A stretch of DNA of 23,417 nucleotides from an uncultured Clostridia bacterium (lineage in GTDB: Bacteria; Bacillota; Clostridia; Christensenellales; Aristaeellaceae). Shown here one piece after another: positions 16,952-23,417 of the stretch. A program made the translations under genes and the position numbers. Numbering within the stretch: the first letter of the stretch is position 1; each line of letters begins with the position of its first letter. Location of the stretch: the NCBI GenBank assembly GCA_937907055.1, contig CALCTW010000134.1, positions 1 through 23,417 of the forward strand, read 5' to 3'. The notes beneath the pieces were generated by a model that saw only the letters and a program-made list of their open reading frames with translations, ran no database searches and was not told the origin of the DNA.

Positions 16952-17443
16952 TTATTTGACCGTACCGCAATTCTTGCAGGTCGCCTTGCTGACGGGGTTC
17001 TCGGTGCCGCACGTGGGGCATTTCCACGTCGCGATGGGGGCAGGTGCGTGTTCGGGCTTGGACTTTTCGCCGTTTCTCGCCTTTCCGGTCAGACGGTCAG
17101 CGCCGCACTTGGAGCAGGTGATCCGAGAAACGGGGTTGTTGGTCTGACAGTTGGAGCAGGTCCAGTTCCGGTCCCGGAACATGGAGAAGGAACCGGAATT
17201 CTCAGATTCCTTGTCCGCGCAGGTGCCGATGGCGTAGATCACATTCGCGCTCAGCCAACTGAAGGCTGAACCTAAAAGCAACGTGATGATGCCGAGGAAA
17301 ATGAAAGGATGCTCATAACCCTAATTCCGGACATACACTTCGATCCCGAACAGGGAGATCGCGCCCCAGATAGTCGCAACGACACCGCTGATGCACCAGA
17401 TGTAAGCGAAGATCTTGCTCATCTTTCCACATAATTTGAACAT
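16952..17443 (-). CDS. two-TM membrane protein with two C-terminal RanBP2-type zinc fingers; the frame contains one in-frame TAG (17323..17321)
   Basis: A strong SD (AAGGAGG) lies 7 nt before the ATG at 17443. The product reads MFKLCGKMSKIFAYIWCISGVVATIWGAISLFGIEVYVRN-[TAG]-GYEHPFIFLGIITLLLGSAFSWLSANVIYAIG...WTCSNCQTNNPVSRITCSKCG...WKCPTCGTENPVSKATCKNCG. The ORF track shows only 16952..17281, which starts at a TTG inside TM2 with no SD. It ends in TAA. Confidence 0.7.
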
Positions 17444-17520
17444 AATGTTCCCTCCTTGGATATGTTATAGATTATTTAGAGACCGGGTCGTCGAAACGAC
17501 CGGAGCAGTCTTACAGAAGA

Positions 17521-18048
17521 TCAGTTCTGAGATGAAAACGCGGATTTAAAAGTTCCGCATTTCTTACAGATCCCATCACTGTCTGAGTTCTCCGTTCCGC
17601 AGGTGAGGCATCTCCACATTCCCGGGGACGCGGGTTGGGACACATCTATCTTTTCCGGGATGATGGTCTGAGGATCTGTCGGCGCGGACTCATCCTGCTT
17701 TTTCGAGACGACCGTATCCGGTGTGACAGGTGCGGTCACCGTGGTGGGCGCGGTCGTTGCGGCGGATGCCTGAGTGGAGGACGCTTCACTCAGTTTGATC
17801 AGGAAAAAGGCAATCCCAATGATGCCGCCGATGACGGACAAGCCGCCGAATACGCGATTCAGGTTCTCGTTGAGCAACACAACATTGTTGGCGGTATAAC
17901 GGGTGGCCCTGTAGATGTATGTGTAGGCATCGCCGCCGAAAGAAGTATAGTCGGCGGTCGATCCGGTGGGCTGACTGAGGGTGTTGATGCCGAAGATAAT
18001 GAGCGCGATGCAGGCCGCGATGCCCAGAACGGAAGCAAACTTTTTCAT
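17521..18048 (-). CDS. two-TM membrane protein with a Thr/Ala/Pro-rich linker and one C-terminal RanBP2-type zinc finger
   Basis: 175 aa with TM segments near the N-terminus and at GGLSVIGGIIGIAFFLI. The C-terminal WRCLTCGTENSDSDGICKKCG matches W-x-C-x2-C-x3-N-x6-C-x2-C. It ends in TGA. Confidence 0.75.
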   Translation of the reverse strand: MKKFASVLGIAACIALIIFGINTLSQPTGSTADYTSFGGDAYTYIYRATRYTANNVVLLNENLNRVFGGLSVIGGIIGIAFFLIKLSEASSTQASAATTAPTTVTAPVTPDTVVSKKQDESAPTDPQTIIPEKIDVSQPASPGMWRCLTCGTENSDSDGICKKCGTFKSAFSSQN

Positions 18049-18286
18049 AGGAATCTCTCTTTATTAATTGATGATCAATATTGTAGCATCGGGACAGTCT
18101 TTTGTCAATTTTGCAGTCTGATTCTTAAACGAAAACGAAAGCATTTTGAACGCAAGATAAATCAGATCGATACTTTTATGATATTTCTTCTTAATACCCC
18201 CTCGTCTATAATGTGCACTGTCAGGAGGATGAAAGACCTCCTGAGGAAAGAAGATAAAACGCCTGATAAGGCGGGAGGTAATGGAT

Positions 18287-18835
18287 ATGAAAAAGATCTC
18301 TGTTCTGATGGTTGCCCTGATTCTGGCCATTCTCGCGATCGTTCCTGTGATGTCCGCGCATGCTGAAAACGCGAACATCGCCTCATATACGATGTATGTT
18401 TCTTCTTCCAACGGCAAGGGCGTGCGTATGCGCTCCGGTGCCTCTACGGATTCCGATGTTCTCTTCAATCTGGGCGAAGGCCGCCCGGTTACTGTTACAG
18501 GTGCGTTTGGTGACTGGTCCATTGTCCGTGTCAGTGTGAACGGCAAGAGCTATAACGGCTACATTATGAGCCAGTTCCTTTCAAGCACCGATCCTTCCAC
18601 CCTTCCGCAGACCTTTAAGCCTGTAAGCCGCTTCGCGATCCGTGTTCGCGCGGCTTCCGCGGATGGTGTGGTCTCCATGTGGAAAACGACCAACAAGCAG
18701 GTTGCAAATAAAATGCGCGATCTGACCCGTACGGAAACCCTTACGGTGATCCAGGAAAGCCGCGCTTGGTATCTTGCTGAAGATATGTACGGCAATGTCG
18801 GCTATGTCGCCAAGGCCTACGTTACAGCCTGCTGA
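18287..18835 (+). CDS. secreted protein with two bacterial SH3 (SH3b) domains
   Basis: The ATG at 18287 lies 8 nt after GGGAGG (the ORF track starts two codons earlier, at 18281). The signal peptide is MKKISVLMVALILAILAIVPVMSAHA. SH3_3-like segments are present (VRMRSGASTDSDVLFNLGEGRPVTVTGAFGDWSIVRV...GYIMSQFL, and a second copy ending GYVAKAYV). It ends in TGA. Confidence 0.75.
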   Translation: MKKISVLMVALILAILAIVPVMSAHAENANIASYTMYVSSSNGKGVRMRSGASTDSDVLFNLGEGRPVTVTGAFGDWSIVRVSVNGKSYNGYIMSQFLSSTDPSTLPQTFKPVSRFAIRVRAASADGVVSMWKTTNKQVANKMRDLTRTETLTVIQESRAWYLAEDMYGNVGYVAKAYVTAC

Positions 18836-18927
18836 TTCCTCTCTCTTTCTTCTTTTTCCTTACCCGGTAACGTGAAGGACGCACTCAAGATGGATTCCTT
18901 GCCATCGCGTCCGGGCGCGTTACCCGG

Positions 18928-18963
18928 AAGACTGCCGCGATTGATCCCGCGGCAGTCTTTTGA
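18928..18963 (+). terminator. rho-independent terminator
   Basis: AAGACTGCCGCG (18928-18939) pairs with CGCGGCAGTCTT (18948-18959) around a short loop and is followed by T residues. Confidence 0.8.
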
Positions 18964-18975
18964 TGTACAGGCATA

Positions 18976-19007
18976 CAAAAACAGCGGCACCGAACGGGAT
19001 GCCGCTG
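18976..19007 (-). terminator. rho-independent terminator for the tsaC/GH13 operon
   Basis: On the minus strand, CAGCGGCA-TCCCGTTCGG-TGCCGCTG is followed by TTTTTG. It lies 25 nt downstream of the stop at 19032. Confidence 0.75.
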
Positions 19008-19031
19008 TGAATGTTATTTACAAGCTGTGAT

Positions 19032-20039
19032 TTATACTTCCACGATATCGAAGGCCGCCGCGCGCGCCATGCGGTTCATGACCGCCAGCGCCTCGCCCTC
19101 CGCCTTCCAGCCTTCGGCGAAAATGCGGCTGATCTTTTCTTCGTCCATGCGGCGAAGCAGATCAAAAAGCAGGTGCGCGGCCTCGGTCGGTGTGCTGCCG
19201 AGGGAATAGGCGCGGAGACCTTCATACGCCGGCAGATTCTGCTCATGGCAGAGGATGCAGGCGTTTGTTTCTTTTAAGTAAAGCGGACGGATGACGGCAG
19301 GGGTGTTTTCGCCCACGTAAAGCGTCATGCGGCCCTTGGGGGCGTAATGCCGGTGCTTCATGCCGGGGGAGGGCGCGCTTTCGCCCTCCTGCAGCGGACG
19401 CATCACGGCATCGCTGACGGCGCTTTCGCCGCACACCTCCGCGATCATTTCGGCGGTCACAGCGCCGGGGCGCAGCACAGTGGGGGTGTCCCCGCTGCAA
19501 TCGCACACCGTGCTCTCCACGCCGAAACGGCAATCCCCGCCGTCCAGAATGAGGGGGATCCGGCCGGTCATGTCTTCAAATACATGCAGGGCGGTCGTGG
19601 GCGAGGGGCGGCCGGAGAGATTGGCGCTGGGCGCGGCGATGGGTACACGGCAGGCACGGATAAAATCCAGCGCCGCCTTGTTGCCCGGCATGCGCACGCC
19701 CACGGTCCTGAGACCGGCGGTGGTGGTATCGGGCACGTTCCGCTTGGGCAGAAGCAGGGTGAGCGGCCCCGGCCAGAAGGCGTTCATCAGCTTTTCGGCC
19801 ATGGGATTGACCTCGCAGAGCGTGTCCAGCATGCCGCGGTCGGAAATGTGAACGATCAGCGGATTATCCTGCGGACGGCCCTTTGCCGCGAAGATGGAAC
19901 GGACAGCCTCTTCATTGAGGGCATCCGCGCCCAGACCGTACACGGTCTCGGTGGGGAAGGCGACAAGCTGACCCGCGCGGATCAGCTCACCGGCTTTATT
20001 AAGGGATTCTTCCGTTACGGGAAGAAGTTCGGTGTTCAT
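19032..20039 (-). CDS. tsaC: L-threonylcarbamoyladenylate synthase (Sua5/YwlC/TsaC type, with a C-terminal Sua5 domain)
   Basis: 335 aa. It has VAFPTETVYGLGADA, KGRPQDNPLIVH and APSANLSGRPSPT in the YrdC-like domain, followed by a Sua5-type C-terminal domain. The start overlaps the upstream GH13 stop (ATGA). It ends in TAA. Confidence 0.9.
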   Translation of the reverse strand: MNTELLPVTEESLNKAGELIRAGQLVAFPTETVYGLGADALNEEAVRSIFAAKGRPQDNPLIVHISDRGMLDTLCEVNPMAEKLMNAFWPGPLTLLLPKRNVPDTTTAGLRTVGVRMPGNKAALDFIRACRVPIAAPSANLSGRPSPTTALHVFEDMTGRIPLILDGGDCRFGVESTVCDCSGDTPTVLRPGAVTAEMIAEVCGESAVSDAVMRPLQEGESAPSPGMKHRHYAPKGRMTLYVGENTPAVIRPLYLKETNACILCHEQNLPAYEGLRAYSLGSTPTEAAHLLFDLLRRMDEEKISRIFAEGWKAEGEALAVMNRMARAAAFDIVEV

Positions 20040-21823
20040 CCTTCATAACCTCCGGAAAGATCGGGCAGGTCGCGCCTGTCGAAGGTCATTTCAAACGTTT
20101 CATCCGCGGCCGGGACGCCGAAGGCATCCGCGTCGTGTCTGTTGTAGCGTGTGATGGTGATGATGTCCTCATCCAGCGCTTCCACCTTCACAAAGCCGGT
20201 CTGCAGCACCTGAGAAGCGGAGCGGCGGGTGAGGATGTCACGGATGAAGCTTAACATCTGGGTGTTCTGATTTTCCCAGTCAAAGGTGCCGCGGCAGAAG
20301 GGATCCGGCGCGCCCTGCATGCCGATCTCATCGCCGTAATACAGGCAGGGGATGCCGGGCAGCACGCTCATCATCTGCATCATCATGGCGAAGCGGCCTT
20401 CGCCGAGGGCGTATTTTTCTTTGGTCAGGCGCTTGCCGGGACGATCCTTGAAGGGCACATCCTCAAAGGTGCATTCGGCCAGATAATTGACCGCGCGGGC
20501 CCTGTCGTGGCTGCCGCACAGGTTCATCAGGCTGTAGTAGAAGGGAGCGGGGTAGTTTTCCTTCTGGGAGGTGATGATGCGCGCCAGACCGAAGGCGGAA
20601 AGCTTGAAGGTGAGGAAGCGGATCAGCGCGTCACGCAGGGGGTAATTCATCACGCTGTCCAGCGTGTCGCCCTGACAGTAGCAGCGCATTTCGCCGTAGG
20701 CCACCTTGTGGCTGGCATCCTCCCACACCTCGCCCAGCACGACGGCCTGTTCATTTTCGGCCTTGACCGCCTTGCGGAGCTTGCGCAGAAAATCCATCGG
20801 CAGCTCATCCGCCACATCCAGCCGCCAGCCGTCTGTGCCCATGCGGATCCACTTGCGCACGATGCCGTCCTTGTTGAACATGAAGCTCTGATACCGGCGG
20901 TTGTCCTTGTTGACGGCGGGCAGGGTGGTAAAGCCCCACCAGCTGTTGTATTTATCGGGGTATTTCTCGAAGGAATACCAGTCGTAATACTTGCTTTCCT
21001 TGCTCTGGTACGCGCCGACGGTGGGATAATTGCCGTAGCGGTTGAAATACAGGCTGTCATCGCCCGTGTGGCTGAAAACACCGTCCAGCATGACGGACAT
21101 CCCCAGCGCCTGCGCCTTTTCGCACAGCACCTTCAGATCATGATTGGTGCCGAGCAGCGGATCCACCTGAGAATAATCCCCGGTGTCATAGCGGTGATTG
21201 CTGTGCGCCTTGAAAATGGGGTTCAGGTAAAGCACGGTGATGCCGAGCGACTGCAGATAGGGCAGCTTTTCGGCAATGCCGTTCAGTGTGCCGCCGAAGA
21301 AATCGATGCCGTTCGGGTTCGGTTCCTTCTTTCCGGGAATGACGGCCGGGGTCTCGTGCCAGTCCCTGTGCAGGTAAATGTCATCGCGGTCTGTGACCGG
21401 GGCACGGTCGCGGTAAAAGCGATCCGGGAAGATCTGATACATGACACCGTGGCGCATGAAGCGCGGGGTGTCATAAGCGGGATCGTACACCGTGATCTGA
21501 TATCCGCGGGGGAACATGGTCATCTGACCGCTGCCGCCCAGCATGTCATCGTTGTTGCCGTAGCAGAGCACATCTCCCTCATCATTCACGGCCTTGAAAT
21601 CATACCAGCAGAGGATGGGGACTTCCGGCATGGTGAGGGTATATTCGTAGACGTTGCGCTCGGTGTTGATCATGGGCAGGAAAAACTCGCTGCCGTTATA
21701 AAAACGCAGATACACCTTGGTGGCCCCGATGGCGCGGACACGGATGGTGACCTTGTCGCCGCATCTGAGGGCTCCGAAGGGATCGCGGTAGAATAAACTG
21801 TGTGAGTCGTGATAAAGCTGCAT
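20036..21823 (-). CDS. glycoside hydrolase family 13 alpha-glycosidase (neopullulanase / cyclomaltodextrinase / maltogenic-amylase-like)
   Basis: 595 aa with an N-terminal domain beginning MQLYHDSHSLFYRDPFGA. The GH13 conserved regions are present: LYLNPIFKAHSNHRYD, GWRLDVADELP, VLGEVWED and LCGSHDRARA. It ends in TGA. Confidence 0.9.
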   Translation of the reverse strand: MQLYHDSHSLFYRDPFGALRCGDKVTIRVRAIGATKVYLRFYNGSEFFLPMINTERNVYEYTLTMPEVPILCWYDFKAVNDEGDVLCYGNNDDMLGGSGQMTMFPRGYQITVYDPAYDTPRFMRHGVMYQIFPDRFYRDRAPVTDRDDIYLHRDWHETPAVIPGKKEPNPNGIDFFGGTLNGIAEKLPYLQSLGITVLYLNPIFKAHSNHRYDTGDYSQVDPLLGTNHDLKVLCEKAQALGMSVMLDGVFSHTGDDSLYFNRYGNYPTVGAYQSKESKYYDWYSFEKYPDKYNSWWGFTTLPAVNKDNRRYQSFMFNKDGIVRKWIRMGTDGWRLDVADELPMDFLRKLRKAVKAENEQAVVLGEVWEDASHKVAYGEMRCYCQGDTLDSVMNYPLRDALIRFLTFKLSAFGLARIITSQKENYPAPFYYSLMNLCGSHDRARAVNYLAECTFEDVPFKDRPGKRLTKEKYALGEGRFAMMMQMMSVLPGIPCLYYGDEIGMQGAPDPFCRGTFDWENQNTQMLSFIRDILTRRSASQVLQTGFVKVEALDEDIITITRYNRHDADAFGVPAADETFEMTFDRRDLPDLSGGYEG

Positions 21824-21853
21824 AAGTAACTCCGTTCGATCGGTATCCCTTTA

Positions 21854-21882
21854 ATTATAGCAACGGAAAGAGGTTTATTCAA
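21854..21882 (-). promoter_or_regulatory. sigma-70 promoter for the GH13-tsaC operon
   Basis: On the minus strand: TTGAAT (21882..21877), a 17-nt spacer, then TATAAT (21859..21854). GGAG lies 7 nt before the ATG at 21823. Confidence 0.65.
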
Positions 21883-22046
21883 GTAAAAAATGCCCTTTGA
21901 CAGATCGGGCGGCGCGGCGGGAGGTGGCTTAAAACGCGCCGTGAAAGCACAGAAAAACGGCATAAAACGGAACAGCGCCGCAAAGCCTTTTCCGGTAGGC
22001 AAAAATGTGATATGATAGATACAGACCCGCAAAGGAGGATAATGAA

Positions 22047-22700
22047 ATGAGAAAATGGACGGCGATCGCGCTGGTACTGATGATGCTCCTGACCCTGACG
22101 GCAGCGGCGGAGGAAACGATCAATCTGCCCCGTGTGACAGAGAAGAATTCTGTTCTGTACGATAATTCCTATCTGGGCTATTCCCTGCGTGTGTGGGAAT
22201 ATTTCACGGCGGTGCCGGACGCGGCCAATCAGGATCAGCTGAAGCTCATCCGCGAAAACGCCGGTGAGGATGATGATTATGTGTATGATGTGCGCTATTG
22301 GGTGCTGGGCGTGACAGAGAATGAATACATGACCTTCTGCGTGCAGCTGAAGGAGCGGAGCTGCGAGACCTTTGAGCAGGAAGTGGCGAATGCCGCCGTT
22401 TACGCTGAGATCGCGAACGCGAAGCTGCCTGAGGACGGAAGCCTGGGCTATTATGAAAACGTGCATGAGGGCATCCTGCGCGATACCCCGGCCGGACAGA
22501 TGCTGGAGACCGCCTATCGCTTCACCGACGCGCAGGGAAAGCAGATGACGGTGGTGTATTATGATTTTTATTACAATACCATCGAATACTGCTTTGTGCT
22601 GGAAAACGAAAGCAGCCTGATCAGCGTGGAGACCATGCAGCAGCTGCTGGGCGACATGATGTCCACCATCAGCGTTCAGAATGTGATCAGCGAGGTGTAA
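22047..22700 (+). CDS. secreted protein of unknown function
   Basis: 217 aa with signal peptide MRKWTAIALVLMMLLTLTAAA. AAAGGAGG lies 9 nt upstream, and an extended -10-like TGATATGAT lies about 35 nt upstream. It ends in TAA. Confidence 0.7.
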   Translation: MRKWTAIALVLMMLLTLTAAAEETINLPRVTEKNSVLYDNSYLGYSLRVWEYFTAVPDAANQDQLKLIRENAGEDDDYVYDVRYWVLGVTENEYMTFCVQLKERSCETFEQEVANAAVYAEIANAKLPEDGSLGYYENVHEGILRDTPAGQMLETAYRFTDAQGKQMTVVYYDFYYNTIEYCFVLENESSLISVETMQQLLGDMMSTISVQNVISEV

Positions 22701-22793
22701 AGGGATTCATGGTCTGCAGGATTGAATGATCGTTCCTTGTGCCGCGGCGGCGAAAGACGGGCAATTCGTATGCGATGATCCGGGAAACCCATC

Positions 22794-22823
22794 TTGTACC
22801 GCATGAGGAAGCTGTGGTATAAT
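22794..22823 (+). promoter_or_regulatory. promoter candidate for the LRR surface-protein gene
   Basis: TTGTAC (22794-22799), an 18-nt spacer, then an extended -10 TGgTATAAT (22815-22823). Confidence 0.5.
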
Positions 22824-22880
22824 AACAAAAAAAGCGTTGAATCCATGCAGCTTCACGCCTGAAACGAAAGGTTGATTAGC

Positions 22881-23417
22881 ATGAAAAAGTGGTTGGCTTT
22901 GATTCTGATGGCAGTTCTGATGCTCTGCACAGCAGTGGCTGTGGCGGAAAAGAGCGGAGATTATACATACAGGGTCCTGTAGGATGGCACGGCAGAAATC
23001 ACCCGGTATAACGGCAATGCATAGGTGTAGTTGGTGATTCCGGATACTTTGGGCAATCGTGTCGTTACCGCTATCGGCGATTCGGCTTTTGCGGATTGGT
23101 TTAGTTCCATCGAAGTCGTCACCATCCCTGACAGTGTTACCACCATCGGCAATTACGCTTTCGCCCACTGTGACTGGCTAACTTCTATCACTCTTCCTGA
23201 CGGCTTGACGACAATCGGCAACTACGCCTTTCTGCAATGCAAAGCGCTTTCCAAAATCACGATTCCCGGCAGTGTGGTTTCTATCGGAAGGGGTGCCTTT
23301 ACCTACTGTGAGAACCTCTCTTCTGTCACTCTTTCCGACGGTCTCATTTCTATCGGTGACTTTGCCTTCCAGGGCTGCATAATCAGCAGCATTACCATCC
23401 CCGGGAGTGTCACATAG
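22881..23417 (+). CDS. BspA-type leucine-rich-repeat cell-surface protein (3' partial) containing four in-frame TAG codons
   Basis: ATG at 22881, then signal peptide MKKWLALILMAVLMLCTAVAVA. The product continues EKSGDYTYRVL-[TAG 22980]-DGTAEITRYNGNA-[TAG 23022]-V-[TAG 23028]-LVIPDTLGNRVVTAIGDSAF. Four repeats of the IPxSVTxIGxxAFxxC type follow. The window ends at IPGSVT-[TAG 23415], in the middle of a repeat. The ORF track shows only 23031.., a TTG start with no SD and no signal peptide. Confidence 0.8.

Noticed and set aside
17635-21796. ORFs 17635..18366(+) and 20507..21796(+), plus several 60-240-aa ORFs over tsaC and GH13 (19347..20048, 19360..19851).
   Set aside because: They are antisense shadows of well-supported minus-strand genes (the zinc-finger membrane protein, GH13 and Sua5). 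Their composition is Arg/Gly/His-rich and non-protein-like.
2802-23417. In-frame TAGs explained as ordinary pseudogenes or sequencing errors.
   Set aside because: All seven interruptions are TAG. There are no TGA or TAA interruptions and no frameshifts. One interruption is in essential murC. No host gene in the window uses TAG as its terminator. This is still not proven from a single window.
2802-23417. In-frame TAGs explained by a recoded (table-15-like) prophage or by pyrrolysine.
   Set aside because: No phage structural, integrase or lysis genes are present, and the affected genes are chromosomal housekeeping or surface genes. No methylamine methyltransferase or pyl genes are present. The TAGs fall in unrelated proteins at variable positions, and I could see no shared downstream sequence element. 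Pyl machinery elsewhere in the genome cannot be excluded from this window.

Overview
The window is a bacterial chromosomal segment that looks Firmicutes/Clostridia-like, with Shine-Dalgarno sites, sigma-70-type promoters and GC-rich hairpin plus T-tract terminators. Positions 1-2430 are AT-rich (about 40% GC by eye). They carry a BlaI-family repressor, a sensor-less BlaR1-like M56 peptidase and a polytopic membrane protein. The remainder is about 55-62% GC. It encodes a Cof-type HAD phosphatase, MurC, four distantly paralogous secreted proteins (the last two a tandem duplication that includes the promoter), a MIF/tautomerase-family protein and an SDR oxidoreductase. It also encodes a long-form PRPP synthetase, a three-gene operon of unknown function ending in an Ig-like secreted protein, two adjacent membrane proteins with RanBP2-type zinc fingers and an SH3b protein. 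The last genes are Sua5/TsaC, a GH13 alpha-glycosidase, a small secreted protein and the 5' part of a BspA-type leucine-rich-repeat surface protein. No rRNA, tRNA, CRISPR array, transposase or phage gene was recognised. The main finding is that TAG does not behave as a stop codon here. All 18 well-supported genes in the high-GC part end in TGA (10) or TAA (8), and none ends in TAG. Seven in-frame TAG codons interrupt four otherwise intact genes (murC, the LRR protein, a zinc-finger membrane protein and a hypothetical gene). In each case the ribosome-binding site, start codon and N-terminal features lie upstream of the TAG and the rest of the domain lies downstream. This is the signature of an amber-codon reassignment in a cellular genome. 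The six-frame ORF track, built with the standard code, therefore fragments these genes.
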